Source: Candidatus Dadabacteria bacterium
Lineage (GTDB): Bacteria > Desulfobacterota_D > UBA1144 > Nemesobacterales > CSP1-2
Length of the DNA stretch: 64,000 nt
Assembly: GCA_963805855.1 (NCBI GenBank)
Contig: CAWDVW010000007.1
Span: forward strand, 192,001-256,000
Direction: 5' to 3'
Positions 40,876 through 51,662 of this stretch are shown here, one piece after another. The notes beneath the pieces are model-generated. The model made no database searches, was not told the origin of the DNA, and saw only the letters and a list, made by a program, of their open reading frames with translations. Numbering within the stretch: position 1 is the first letter of the stretch; each line of letters opens with the position of its first letter. The position numbers and the translations under genes are program-made.

Positions 40876-41038
40876 GTAAAATTTAAAATTAGTATATACA
40901 TGGCTAGTTGCCTTTTCATAAGAATGCTAGGTTTATCTACCTACACCACAAAAAAATAATAATTTTTATCTGTTTATTGGATTATCTCCCTTACTTCGGT
41001 AGAATTCCTACATTTTGTATGCTTAGAGGATATCAGAT

Positions 41039-42838
41039 ATGAGACAATTCAAAGGTTTGAACCTTTTTTTTATATGGATATTACCCATTATCGTACTAAC
41101 AGTTTTATCCTGCAGCGTCGGCGATAACACCCCGCCGAGTACAATTACCGATCTTGGTGTTGACAGCGGGTTAAGGCTCTTAGAATGGACTGCCCCTGGC
41201 GATGATGGAAAAAGTGGGCAAGCCTCACTTTATTTTATCAGGTACCTTGACAATTCACAGGTCGAAGAGATCCTGGGCGTGCCAAATTTGGATGATGTCC
41301 CACCTGAAGTTATAGATGAAACGGTGATTAGTAATTTCGATGAAGGTATTCAAAACCCGACATTTGTTCCACCACAAAATAGAGGATTTCCAGAGAGTTT
41401 CTCAGCTCCGAGATTGGACATCACGGGTGAGATGCAATATTTCTACTCTATACAGTCAAGCGATGAAGTGGGTAGTAAGTCTAAGCCGTCCAATGTGGTC
41501 AAGGTTACGACTGAGCTGCAATCGTTAAAATTTCAGGGCCCGGATACTTTATGTCCCGAGGGACTCTCAATCGGAGCCGGGAATTTTACAAATACACAGG
41601 AAGATGACGATGATGGCCTAATAAGGAATGATATCCTAATAGGTGATCCATGTAACGGAATTGTTTATGTGTTCTTTGGCAGTAGTGATCTCTCTATAGA
41701 TATATCATCTCCCGATGTCACCATTATAGGGAATGAAAATGATAGATTTGGTGCATCGGTAACCGGGATCGGTAATATTGGTGGTCCTGGCCCCGCATTG
41801 GCTGAGATTGGCATAGGGGCACCAGGATTCGATGGCGATACCGGGGAGGTTTTTATCATTTTTGGAAATAATAGGTTTCCCAGTGTGATTGATCTCAACG
41901 CCGGTGATGAGCCTGACTTCTTGATTATGGGGGAAAATCAGAGTGATAATTTTGGAGTTAATACCGTCGGGTTTGCAAATGTCGGAAGAAGGGGCAGTGA
42001 GTTTTTTGTCGGTGCTCCCAATGCGGATTCCCAAACGGGAAAGACTTATCGATTTTCGGGAAATAGATTAAGTGACGGCGTTAGTTCTGCCAGTGATGCG
42101 CGAGGAATAATAATTGGTGAATCTGAGGGAGACCTTTTTGGTTCTGCTATTACAGATGCAAGTGGGATTAAATCTGGTGGCTCCGGTGAGTATGCAATCA
42201 GTTCTCGGGGCTCGGGAAAGGTGTATTTGTTTTTCGAGAATGTGTCTGGGGAAAAGGATCTTTCTGTTGATACATCGGATGTTTTGATCATACAGGGGAG
42301 TGTCGCAGACGAGTTTGGAGTGTCAGTGTCGGGGGGGGGTGATATCGACGAAGACGGGGATGGAAAAACCGATCTTGTTATTGGAGCTCCTGCTGCTGCG
42401 GACGACGCGGGTTCCGTGTTTTTTTATAGCGGAGACGATTTAAATGATGCCTTCGAAAACGGTACGGAACCGATGGCCGCAACAGAATTCGTTGGTTTAC
42501 CAGGCTCAAGGTTTGGACAGTCTGTTAGGGTTTTCAATCTTTTAACCCCTGACGTCACAACTAGGAAGCGTACCACTGCTGAGATCCTCCTTTTAGAGCA
42601 ATCGAACGCGGACTTTGGAGTGGGTGCGCCCGGTACCAGTAACGGTACGGATTTTATTTTCCTTGGAGGTAGTACTTTTCCCACGGTTGTGAGCGCATCA
42701 GATGCTGGTGTTACGATCGAAGGAGGCCCTGGTGAATCCGAATTCGGAGAGACCACAGCCGATTTGGGAGACGTAAATGGTGATCAGATAGAAGATTTTG
42801 CCTCATCAGGCTCAGGTTTTGTCAGAGTAGAATTCTGA
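41039..42838 (+). CDS. Surface lipoprotein with an FN3-like domain and FG-GAP/integrin-alpha propeller repeats
   Basis: VLSC lipobox; TPP..ITDL..WTAPGDD; repeated FG.SV...GD.D.DG..DL.IGAP. Confidence 0.85.
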   Translation: MRQFKGLNLFFIWILPIIVLTVLSCSVGDNTPPSTITDLGVDSGLRLLEWTAPGDDGKSGQASLYFIRYLDNSQVEEILGVPNLDDVPPEVIDETVISNFDEGIQNPTFVPPQNRGFPESFSAPRLDITGEMQYFYSIQSSDEVGSKSKPSNVVKVTTELQSLKFQGPDTLCPEGLSIGAGNFTNTQEDDDDGLIRNDILIGDPCNGIVYVFFGSSDLSIDISSPDVTIIGNENDRFGASVTGIGNIGGPGPALAEIGIGAPGFDGDTGEVFIIFGNNRFPSVIDLNAGDEPDFLIMGENQSDNFGVNTVGFANVGRRGSEFFVGAPNADSQTGKTYRFSGNRLSDGVSSASDARGIIIGESEGDLFGSAITDASGIKSGGSGEYAISSRGSGKVYLFFENVSGEKDLSVDTSDVLIIQGSVADEFGVSVSGGGDIDEDGDGKTDLVIGAPAAADDAGSVFFYSGDDLNDAFENGTEPMAATEFVGLPGSRFGQSVRVFNLLTPDVTTRKRTTAEILLLEQSNADFGVGAPGTSNGTDFIFLGGSTFPTVVSASDAGVTIEGGPGESEFGETTADLGDVNGDQIEDFASSGSGFVRVEF

Positions 42839-42877
42839 TTTAGTCGTGGGTTATTACCAACGCCTTGTTGTAGTTTA

Positions 42878-43606
42878 TCAATTTATATGGGAAGCGTGAT
42901 TTAAGTCAAAGTCGCTATTCTCATCTAATTTATTTTCGCTTATTATTTTACCGTCACTTAATATTATTATTCGCTTCGCATATTTAGCTATATCTTTTTC
43001 GTGAGTTATCATAACGATAGTTTTTCCCTGCTCATTCAGTGATTTGAAGATTTTCAGTATTTCTACGCTCATCTTCGTATCCAGATTCCCTGTTGGCTCA
43101 TCAGCCAGTATTATACTTGGCTTGTTAACAATAGCCCTTGCGATTGCAACTCTCTGTTGTTGACCGCCCGATAGTTGAGATGGCAGGTGGTGTTCTCTAC
43201 CCTCAAGGCCCAACACTCTCAATGCCTCTTTTGCCAGTTCGAACCTCTTACTCGACGGGGTTCCGTTGTATATGAGGGGAAGTTCGACATTCTCAATAGC
43301 TGATGTCCTGGGAAGCAGGTTAAAGCTTTGAAAAACGAAACCGATTTTCTCATTCCTTATTTCAGCAAGCTGATCTTTTTCAAGGTTCACTATGTTCTGA
43401 GCTTCGATAAAATAATTGCCACTCGTTGGTTTATCCAGGCATCCTATTATATTCATCAAAGTGCTTTTTCCTGAACCAGAAGGCCCAATGATGGATATAA
43501 ACTCCCCAGATTTTATGTTGATTGAAACACCCCTTAATGCGTGAACATCAACCTCTCCCATATTATAGACCTTGTGAATATCTTCTAAGGAAATAGCATA
43601 ATCCAT
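42878..43606 (-). CDS. ABC transporter ATP-binding protein (MacB/LolD-type)
   Basis: GPSGSGKST, LSGGQQQRVAIARA, ADEPTGNLD. Confidence 0.95.
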   Translation of the reverse strand: MDYAISLEDIHKVYNMGEVDVHALRGVSINIKSGEFISIIGPSGSGKSTLMNIIGCLDKPTSGNYFIEAQNIVNLEKDQLAEIRNEKIGFVFQSFNLLPRTSAIENVELPLIYNGTPSSKRFELAKEALRVLGLEGREHHLPSQLSGGQQQRVAIARAIVNKPSIILADEPTGNLDTKMSVEILKIFKSLNEQGKTIVMITHEKDIAKYAKRIIILSDGKIISENKLDENSDFDLNHASHIN

Positions 43607-43610
43607 ATTC

Positions 43611-44789
43611 TTAGAACCTCTTGGGCTTAGGAAGGACTATGGGACCCAATTCCTCTGAGCTTGACTCACCTTTCTGTGTCACTCCAATTACAATCTCCTG
43701 TCCTTTTTCAAGATCCCCACCTAGAATCTGGGTGAATTCATCATCGCTAATTCCTGTTTCTACGGACACGGCCCTGAGGCGGCCGTTCTTAAGCAAAGTC
43801 CAGACCATCGGACTGTTTTTGAGATCGCTAGAATCTTCTTCAATCAGAGATGATGGAGGAGGTATAAATCTTAATGCAGCCGTCGGTATTCGGAGCACGT
43901 CGTTTTGATTTGCTACAAGAATCTGTACCTCTGCTGTCATTCCCGGTTTTAGTCTCAACTCATCGTTTTTGTCGATAAGTATAACTACATCATAGGTCAC
44001 AACATTATTGTTTGTAGTTGGTACATTTCTTATCTGCTTAATCCTTCCCTCAAATTGTTGGCCGGGATACGCATCCACCTCAAAGAAGGCTTCCTGCCCT
44101 TCTCTTAATTTCCCGATATCGGCTTCACTCACGTGCGCTTCGACCTTCATTTTTGCTAGATCATTTGCTATTACAAATAGAGGATGGCTCTGGCTCGGGC
44201 TTACGAATTCCCCAACGTCTATATTCATCGAGACGACGACACCGTCAATGGGGGAACGAATCGCTGTAGAATTTAAATTGGATTCAGCCTTTTCTAGCTC
44301 TGTCTTGGCTATTTTGAGTTGCTCCGTAGCCGCGGTGAATTCTATTCTTGAATTTTCTAATTCAAATTTGGAAATTCTGTCTGGTGTGTTAATTAGCTCT
44401 TTATACACTTCGTATATTTTCCTTTTTTTCTCAGCCTCTGCCTGCGCCTTGTTCATGGTTGCTTCCGCCTGTCTAACCTGTAATTCATACAGAGCGGGGT
44501 CAATCTGAGCAACGATCTCTCCCTGTTTTACGATAGAGTTGAAATCTACGTGAATCTGATTCACTACCCCTGAAACCTGGGCTACGACATCGACCGTGTT
44601 GAGAGGGTTTACTGTGCCCGATGCCAAGATGTAGGCTGCAATATCCCCCTCGTCCATCATTGCAGTTTCATAGGAATAACTGGGCGAATTTGTTATTAAT
44701 TGACTATTTTTTAAAATCAAGACTACTATAAGGGCAGCAATGACGATCGTTAAGATAAGTATCTTTCTATTCATTACCTGTTTCGGCAT
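43611..44789 (-). CDS. MacA-type periplasmic adaptor (membrane fusion protein)
   Basis: ASGTVNP..V.V.AQVSG, IRSPIDG, V.EADIG, LKPGMTA. Confidence 0.93.
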   Translation of the reverse strand: MPKQVMNRKILILTIVIAALIVVLILKNSQLITNSPSYSYETAMMDEGDIAAYILASGTVNPLNTVDVVAQVSGVVNQIHVDFNSIVKQGEIVAQIDPALYELQVRQAEATMNKAQAEAEKKRKIYEVYKELINTPDRISKFELENSRIEFTAATEQLKIAKTELEKAESNLNSTAIRSPIDGVVVSMNIDVGEFVSPSQSHPLFVIANDLAKMKVEAHVSEADIGKLREGQEAFFEVDAYPGQQFEGRIKQIRNVPTTNNNVVTYDVVILIDKNDELRLKPGMTAEVQILVANQNDVLRIPTAALRFIPPPSSLIEEDSSDLKNSPMVWTLLKNGRLRAVSVETGISDDEFTQILGGDLEKGQEIVIGVTQKGESSSEELGPIVLPKPKRF

Positions 44790-45152
44790 CTAATTATCAG
44801 TTTTCCTAAGTACCAAGCACGCATTTCATTAGATTAAATGTTAACTATTTTACTCGTTAATTTGACTTTTAAAACTATGATGTCCCGTGGGTCATCCGTT
44901 ATTTAACTTTTATATTCCTCAGCTCGAATATCCTCCTATCCCTTCCGCATGACGATTTTGTAGTATTCAGGAATAATCAAGCAGCGGGCTCCGGGGGGTC
45001 CCGCGCGTAAACAAACAATCTCTTCAATCGCTAATGACAATCAAGATTGTGCCCGAATGGTGGTTGGTCATTGCTATAGCAAGTCACCTGGAATCCTCGA
45101 GTTCAAAGTAGCCCCCCCCCCACATTTATTCAGTGAAACTTTAATCTGTTTT

Positions 45153-46376
45153 CTATAAATCGCCTGTTACCATTTCAAGATTCGCAACTGAAATGTTATA
45201 TAGAAAGACAGTTTGATAATATTGTGCCCCTTCCCTGAGATAGGTTCCAAATGCGTTTATCAATTCGTTTAAGCTTCCGATACCCAGGTCATAATTGGAA
45301 ATAGAGTTTTGTAATAGTTTCTTGGCTTCTCCGAAGCCCTCGTTTTCATATTCAAGATTGTTTTTATTCTCTTTCATCTCAAGGTATGCCTTTTCCACTT
45401 CAAGATCTATATCTTGGAGTAAAGCGTCTTTCTCTTTCAGTGATTTTGAATATTCCGCCTTGGCCTCGCTCAAATCTGCAGAGATACCGTAATTGAGTAT
45501 CTGCCTTATGCCAATTCCGGCTCCACCGATTATTGTGTCTCTGAATAGTGTAGATTGATTATATCTCAGGGTTCCACCTACAAAAATGGTCGGATAGTAG
45601 TTGCTCTTCTCTCTGTGGACCGTGTGCAATTTCGATTCAACGACCGCATTTAAGGCCTTTAGCTTTGGTCTGTTTGCTTGGGTCTTATCCTGATAATAAT
45701 TTAACTCATCTGGCTCGAACTCAACGGGTTTTAAAGTGTGAGAATCTATATCAAAGGAATCCTTATCTTCAATCGCTAACATCTTTATTAGCTCGGCTCT
45801 AGCAACGTCTATCTCCTTTTCTGAACTGACAGCGTCTTTATTGACGTTGGACAGTAGAATTTTCAGGTTGAGCTTATCCATCTGAGTAGCCTTAGGGGAG
45901 CCAACTCTGATTAACTCCTCCACACTACCAAGAACCCTCTGAGCTTCATTCCTCCCTTCGATAGCCAGGTCATTAAGAGCGTATGCTAACTGCAGATTGT
46001 AGTAGCCTGTTTTCGCTTGTGTTATTGTGTCATTTTTGGCTTCGCTTATATTTGCAATCGTTGCTTCAAGCCCTTTTTCAGCCCTCTTTTCGTCTGAGCT
46101 TATCTTACCGAAGGTATAAATGGGCTGGAAAAGGTCTGCCCTTACAACTGTGAAAATGCCCCCGGTTACTACCGCACCATCGAATTGAGGATATTTTTCA
46201 GCCTTTGCCTTTTTTACCCTGCTCTCAGAAATATCTAAATCTTTGTCTTGAACGCCCAAATTTGGATTAGTAATCAATACTCTTTCCAAAATTTCGTCCA
46301 AGGTAAAGATGTTGTCATCAGCAATCGCATCAACACTAAGTATTAGAAATGTGCATAAAGTCAATAATTTTATCAT
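45153..46376 (-). CDS. TolC family outer membrane efflux protein
   Basis: Signal peptide; two OEP repeats; QPIYTFGK. Confidence 0.88.
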   Translation of the reverse strand: MIKLLTLCTFLILSVDAIADDNIFTLDEILERVLITNPNLGVQDKDLDISESRVKKAKAEKYPQFDGAVVTGGIFTVVRADLFQPIYTFGKISSDEKRAEKGLEATIANISEAKNDTITQAKTGYYNLQLAYALNDLAIEGRNEAQRVLGSVEELIRVGSPKATQMDKLNLKILLSNVNKDAVSSEKEIDVARAELIKMLAIEDKDSFDIDSHTLKPVEFEPDELNYYQDKTQANRPKLKALNAVVESKLHTVHREKSNYYPTIFVGGTLRYNQSTLFRDTIIGGAGIGIRQILNYGISADLSEAKAEYSKSLKEKDALLQDIDLEVEKAYLEMKENKNNLEYENEGFGEAKKLLQNSISNYDLGIGSLNELINAFGTYLREGAQYYQTVFLYNISVANLEMVTGDL

Positions 46377-46722
46377 CTGGAATCCTCCTTATCCTTCTCA
46401 ATAGTTACAGCTGTCATTATATAACAACTTTCATTAATTTTAATGGCCCTTTCCAATTATTATCTTCTTGATGGATAAAGGGAATCTCATGCAATTCATC
46501 CACTACTCGCAGCGGGTAACTTGACTGGGGTCACAATGAAATTAAAAACCTATAGGAAGTTATTCTTTTAAAATGCGAATGAGCGATCTCCTACAATCGA
46601 AATATGCGCCTTGTACGGATTCATATGCGCTATTTGCATAATTAAAACTTGTCTAAAACTTCAAAAATATGACTTTCCAAGATCACCGTTGCAACAATCA
46701 GCTTTTTCTTTAAAATAAAGAG

Positions 46723-47883
46723 ATGGGTTTTGGAATTTATATACATATTCCTTATTGCGTAAAGAAATGTCCATACTGCGACTTTAACTCTTATGGAGTT
46801 GGAAGACTCATTCCAGAGGTTGACTATACCGAGGCTTTACTCGCGGAATTAGACACATGTAGTGATGCGATTGCCCGCTATCCTCTAACGTCTATCTTCT
46901 TTGGCGGTGGAACTCCTTCATTGTTTTCATCTGAGAGTATAGGGAGAGTCATCAAAAAGATCCTGGGGATTACATCTCCATTGGAATCACTTGAGGTGTC
47001 TATAGAAGTAAATCCAAAGACAGCCGACCTCGGTAAACTCCTCGCTTTTAAGGAGGCAGGGGTAAACAGGGTGAGTTTAGGTGTGCAATCATTCTCTGAC
47101 AAAAAATTGCGATTTTTAGGAAGGATAAATTCACCCGAAGACAGCATCAGGGTGCTGGAGGATGCAAAAAAGGCGGGATTTGAAAATGTCAACGCTGATC
47201 TGATGTATGGTTGTTCCTTTGAAACGCCCGACGAGTGGGGATCGGAGCTCAATAAGATACTCGAATTCGATACAGCCCATGTGTCAGCATATTGCCTCAC
47301 TATAGAGGATGACACAGAGTTTTCGGGATTATACTCGAAGGGCGAATTAATTCTTCCCGATGAGGAAACGCTCTCTTATATGATCTCTTTAACCGGTAAT
47401 GTACTTGAGGGCGCAGGCTACAAACAATATGAAATCTCGAACTTTGCTAAGCCTGGATTTGAGTGTAGACACAACATGCTCTACTGGAGAGGTGAAAATT
47501 ATATCGGAATTGGCGCTGGTGCGCACTCACATCTTGATAGATGTTTAGATTCTGAGTGGGGGGTCAGATGGGCCAACTTAAAAAATCCTTCGGCGTATAT
47601 GAAGAGCGTTTTTAAGCGCAACAGGCCGATAGCTTTCACGGAGCTTCTTGACAGGCAAATGGCGCTTAAAGAGAGGGTCTTGATGGGGCTTAGATTAGGG
47701 GAGGGGCTCGACCTTGGAAAGATAGAGGATAGATTTTCAGTAAGCCTGATGTCTGAAGGGCTTGATTATCTAATCGGTGATGATTTCATTGACGTCTCGG
47801 ATAATAGGCTTCGCTTTAATAAAAAAGGGCTTTTGGTCTCGAATTCAATAATTTATAAGATACTTGAGGCCGTGGCTAGGTGA
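46723..47883 (+). CDS. hemW: Radical SAM heme chaperone HemW
   Basis: YIHIPYCVKKCPYCDFN, GGGTPS, YEISNF, HNMLYW. Confidence 0.93.
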   Translation: MGFGIYIHIPYCVKKCPYCDFNSYGVGRLIPEVDYTEALLAELDTCSDAIARYPLTSIFFGGGTPSLFSSESIGRVIKKILGITSPLESLEVSIEVNPKTADLGKLLAFKEAGVNRVSLGVQSFSDKKLRFLGRINSPEDSIRVLEDAKKAGFENVNADLMYGCSFETPDEWGSELNKILEFDTAHVSAYCLTIEDDTEFSGLYSKGELILPDEETLSYMISLTGNVLEGAGYKQYEISNFAKPGFECRHNMLYWRGENYIGIGAGAHSHLDRCLDSEWGVRWANLKNPSAYMKSVFKRNRPIAFTELLDRQMALKERVLMGLRLGEGLDLGKIEDRFSVSLMSEGLDYLIGDDFIDVSDNRLRFNKKGLLVSNSIIYKILEAVAR

Positions 47884-47893
47884 GGGGTAGCAA

Positions 47894-48355
47894 TTATTTT
47901 TTTGATTTTATCTGATACCTTTTATCGCCGAGTTCCAGATAATACTTACCGCTCTGTTCCTTCAGGTATTTGGTGAATTCGTAATATGCAGGCCTATTAA
48001 ATCTGGCATCAAATGTCCCGCCTTTCACCTTTGTGTAAGGTATGTTATCTCTGTTTAACACTAGCGTTCTGAAATCAAGTTTTTCCTCGGTCTCGTCATT
48101 CAGGATTAAGTAGATACCATCTTCGCGTTTATCTATCATTTTTACCACGAATGGCGTATCTTCGACTTGGACGTAAACCTTTCCTCGTCCCTCGTCTATA
48201 TAGTATCTGCCTTCTTTGTTACGCCTCAGCAGCCTGTTGTTGTAAAGGTAAGTCCATCTGTGGAGGACCGGGATCCCGTCCTGGAACCAGTTGCCTTCCC
48301 TGTCGATAAAGATCCTGGGCCTGACAGTCTCGTGTTTTTTTTCCTTTTTTCTCAT
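47894..48355 (-). CDS. DUF1285 family protein
   Basis: IDREG.WF.DG, VEDTPF, ARF.RPAYY. Confidence 0.7.
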   Translation of the reverse strand: MRKKEKKHETVRPRIFIDREGNWFQDGIPVLHRWTYLYNNRLLRRNKEGRYYIDEGRGKVYVQVEDTPFVVKMIDKREDGIYLILNDETEEKLDFRTLVLNRDNIPYTKVKGGTFDARFNRPAYYEFTKYLKEQSGKYYLELGDKRYQIKSKK

Positions 48356-48443
48356 CTACTTCTATGGTACTAAGTCGCCGGTTCTTGTTCAAGTTTAGAG
48401 CCTTCTAAGACTCCCAGAGAACCCTAATTTGCGAAGTTAATAA

Positions 48444-48818
48444 CCGTTCGCACTGAGCAAAGTCGAAGTGTGAACAATATCAGGCACTATTCCCCATATT
48501 GTCATGCTGCCTGCCTCTTGTTATTCCAAGCACTTTGTTTTGACTCAGTGCGCGATCTGGATGAAATCCATGTTTCGACTGCTATGAGTGCCCCTTTAAG
48601 ACTATTTGCTCTACTTAACACTACAAGATCTCTCACAGGAGTTTATGCTGAGTTCAACGAAGTATTCGAGATGACAGACTGGGGTATCATGACGACAGAA
48701 AAAGGGTGTCATTTCGAGCGAAGCGAGAAATCTTTCCTTTGTCTTTGAATTTACCAACTTAACTACAAGATCTCTCACAGCTCCTTCGCTTTAGCTCAGG
48801 ACAAGGTTCGAGATGACA
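48444..48818. repeat. Cluster of nested palindromic (REPIN-like) repeats
   Basis: ACTACAAGATCTCTCACAG...TTCGAGATGACA twice (48620, 48762); TGTCATTTCGAGCGAAGCGAGAAATCT at 48707; CTGAG..CGAAG modules in both orientations. Confidence 0.8.
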
Positions 48819-48846
48819 ATAAAAGATGCCGTCTGCCGGCCTTCTG

Positions 48847-49260
48847 TCACTCACCCAACACCTTCACAACAACCCTCTTCCTCCTCTGCCCATCGAATTC
48901 AGCATAGAAGACTCTCTGCCAGGGACCAAGGTCAAGATCGCCTTTTGTGATCGGCACAATTACCTGGTGGTGCATTATAAGATTCTTCAGGTGGGCATCA
49001 CCATTATCCTCTCCTGTCTGATGGTGTTTATAATCCTTACTATAGGGGGCGAGCCTTTCAAGCCATTCCCATATGTCTTCGAATAGACCCTCCTCATTGT
49101 CATTAACGTACACAGCGGCTGTTATATGCATTGCCGAGACAAGTACGAATCCCTCGTCGACAGAGCTTTTTTTCACAATACCCCTTACAGTATCTGTGAT
49201 GTGAATTATTTCCCTTCTCTTCTTTGTATTAAACCAAAGATATTCTGTATGACTCTTCAT
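48847..49260 (-). CDS. YjbQ/UPF0047 family protein
   Basis: [32 protein letters not shown]. Confidence 0.93.
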   Translation of the reverse strand: MKSHTEYLWFNTKKRREIIHITDTVRGIVKKSSVDEGFVLVSAMHITAAVYVNDNEEGLFEDIWEWLERLAPYSKDYKHHQTGEDNGDAHLKNLIMHHQVIVPITKGDLDLGPWQRVFYAEFDGQRRKRVVVKVLGE

Positions 49261-49355
49261 GTTATGTCCTCCTGCCAATAAAGACTTTTACCTCTAACGG
49301 TGACCAGCATTTGTCTATACTTTATCAATATAACTGTTGTATAATTAATATTGCC

Positions 49356-49973
49356 GTGGAAATAAAAAAATCAGGTGGAATAAATAGACGAGGATTCATT
49401 GAATTAATATCGTCGTGTTCATTTCTATTCTTTCTAATTCCCAGTAATTACGCATTCTCAGAAAGTAATCAAAAGGGGACCTCACCTCCACCTCTTGATT
49501 CCATCAAAGGGAGTTTTAAATTCTTTAACCCTAATCAGGCTCAGGTTATCGAGAATGTGACGTCGTTAATAATCCCAAGCTATGACAGCCCTGGTGCAAA
49601 GGAAGCGGGGGTAGTTTTCGAGATCGATAAAACCATAGCGGAAAATCAAAGGCTAAAGAACAGTTACACGAAGGGAATAGAATCGTTGAATCAGATGGCA
49701 AAACAATTAGGAGGTAAGGATAGTTTTCTCGATTTGAATCAGGATGAAAAGATGGAGATTTTAAATATGGCCTATGCGAGCAAATCTCTTTCCAGAAGGG
49801 GCGGTATTTCAAATCAGTATGGCAGTATGCTGCCGGGCATATTGCTTATTAATCATTTAATTCGGCAGACAATTCAAATCTTCTATACAAGTGAAGCAGG
49901 GTGGAAGGTTGTCGGTTATCAAGGGCCGCCGCAGTGGAAAGGGAATCTGGATTACGATAAGTGTGACTTTTAG
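49356..49973 (+). CDS. Gluconate 2-dehydrogenase subunit 3 family protein (Tat signal)
   Basis: NRRGFI twin-arginine motif; IIP..DSPGA.EAGV; FY.S..GW..VGY.GP. Start inferred. Confidence 0.85.
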   Translation: MEIKKSGGINRRGFIELISSCSFLFFLIPSNYAFSESNQKGTSPPPLDSIKGSFKFFNPNQAQVIENVTSLIIPSYDSPGAKEAGVVFEIDKTIAENQRLKNSYTKGIESLNQMAKQLGGKDSFLDLNQDEKMEILNMAYASKSLSRRGGISNQYGSMLPGILLINHLIRQTIQIFYTSEAGWKVVGYQGPPQWKGNLDYDKCDF

Positions 49974-51662
49974 ATGAGTGCAGAGAACGAAGTTGACGTG
50001 TGTATCGTGGGATCTGGCGCCGGAGGTGCTCCTGTAGCATATGCGCTGGGGAAGGCTGGATTCTCGGTTGTAGTTCTCGAAGCGGGTCCTCGATTTACGC
50101 CTAAAGAATACCACCTCGCTCAGGCGGACTGGGAGCAGTATCCCTATCCTCAGCCTTTTGTTGAGCGCGAATATGGTGCGAAGAAAGACGTTTATGCCTA
50201 CAGCCAGCCAGAAACATTAAATCCGAAATATAAAAAACTTCGCTCATGGTCCAAGGCGCAGGGTAATTACAATAACACTGATAGAAGAAGGCCGCCCCAT
50301 GTCGACAGGGCGAAAGGGGTCGGAGGGACAACTCTCCACTACCAGGGCGAAGCGCATCGTTTTTCCACATATGGGTTTAAGTCGAAGTCTCTCTACGGGG
50401 TTGGAGACGACTGGCCAATAAATTACGAAGACCTCGAACCTTATTATGAAAAGGCTGAAAAGTTACTGGGAGTTGCGGGGTTAAATGGGAACCCCTTCAA
50501 ACCGCCTAGGAGTCCATTTCCAAATCCGCCACATAGTCTTAGCTGCGCGAGTGAGAGGGTTAAGGTTGGTTTCGATAAGCTCGGGCTGCATCTCTGGCCT
50601 AATTCTCTGAACATCAACTCAAGACCCTTCGGCGGCAGGCCAGCCTGTAACTATTGTAATGGTTGTTTTCTCGGGTGCATGATGAAGGCAAAGGGCAGCA
50701 TGGATGTAAATTTGATTCCAATAGCGGAAGCAACCGGAAATGTCGAGGTCAGACCAGATTCGGTTGTAAGGGAGATTACAGTAAATAAAAACGGCAAAGT
50801 TGATGGAGTAATTTATTTTGACTCTGATAAGGTCGAAAAAATACAAAAGGCAAAAATAGTCGTTGTTTCAGCGAGCGCACTCGAATCCTCGAGGCTGCTT
50901 TTAAATTCGAAGTCTTCTCAATTTCGGGAAGGCCTTGCCAATACAAGTGGGATGGTCGGAAAGAATTTTATGGAAACAGTAATCTATAGTAATACGGTTC
51001 TTTTCGCTGAACCAATCGAATCGTATAAAGGGCTTCAGATAGATAGCCGCGCCTGGGATTATAATAAGCCGAGGAAGGAAAACAATTTCATGGGTGGACT
51101 TGTTTTTGGAGTGTCAGCCCTTGATTTGCTGGGGCCACTGAGCTACGCGCAGAAGATAGCGCCTGGATGGGGGAAGAAGCATAAGGACTTTATGAAAAGT
51201 TATTTCGGCCATGCACTAAACGTATTTGCGATTGGGGAGCAGTTGCCTCATCAAGAAAACATGATAAGCATTGACCCTGAAGTAAAGGATTATTATGGAA
51301 TTCCAGTTGCCAGGATCTCGACAGAATTAAGCGACAACGACCTCGAGATGTTGTCATTCATGCAGAGAAAGTGTGATGAAATTGTAGAGGCGGCAGGTGC
51401 CCTGGAAAAGGTCAGACAATTCGGCTCTTATGATCTGAGCATGATGTCCCATATGGGCGGTACCTGTAGAATGGGGACCGACCCCAAAACCTCTGTACTA
51501 AACCCATATTGCCAGAGCCATGATGTGAAGAATCTTTTTGTAATCGACAGTAGTTGCTTTGTCACGCAGGGCGGTGGGGACAGCCCATCTCTTACAATTC
51601 ACGCAATTGCATTCAGGGCGTCGGATTATATAATTGGGGAAGCGAAAAAGGGGGACCTGTAG
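49974..51662 (+). CDS. GMC family oxidoreductase flavoprotein subunit
   Basis: GSGAGG, GVGGTTLHY, CNYCNGCFLGC Fe-S motif, HMGGTCRMG, PSLTI. Confidence 0.93.
   Translation: MSAENEVDVCIVGSGAGGAPVAYALGKAGFSVVVLEAGPRFTPKEYHLAQADWEQYPYPQPFVEREYGAKKDVYAYSQPETLNPKYKKLRSWSKAQGNYNNTDRRRPPHVDRAKGVGGTTLHYQGEAHRFSTYGFKSKSLYGVGDDWPINYEDLEPYYEKAEKLLGVAGLNGNPFKPPRSPFPNPPHSLSCASERVKVGFDKLGLHLWPNSLNINSRPFGGRPACNYCNGCFLGCMMKAKGSMDVNLIPIAEATGNVEVRPDSVVREITVNKNGKVDGVIYFDSDKVEKIQKAKIVVVSASALESSRLLLNSKSSQFREGLANTSGMVGKNFMETVIYSNTVLFAEPIESYKGLQIDSRAWDYNKPRKENNFMGGLVFGVSALDLLGPLSYAQKIAPGWGKKHKDFMKSYFGHALNVFAIGEQLPHQENMISIDPEVKDYYGIPVARISTELSDNDLEMLSFMQRKCDEIVEAAGALEKVRQFGSYDLSMMSHMGGTCRMGTDPKTSVLNPYCQSHDVKNLFVIDSSCFVTQGGGDSPSLTIHAIAFRASDYIIGEAKKGDL

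Noticed and set aside
44008-44508. 166-aa plus-strand ORF
   Set aside because: Antisense to the MacA-like gene
44960-45135. Possible 6S RNA
   Set aside because: I could not build the long rod with a central bubble; no recognisable conserved motifs
48470-48748. 92-aa ORF (similarly 51694-51906 and 51867-52067)
   Set aside because: Translations of palindromic repeat DNA and the IS end, not credible proteins
48444-48818. Possible CRISPR array
   Set aside because: Only two direct units, irregular spacing, related inserts and no cas genes
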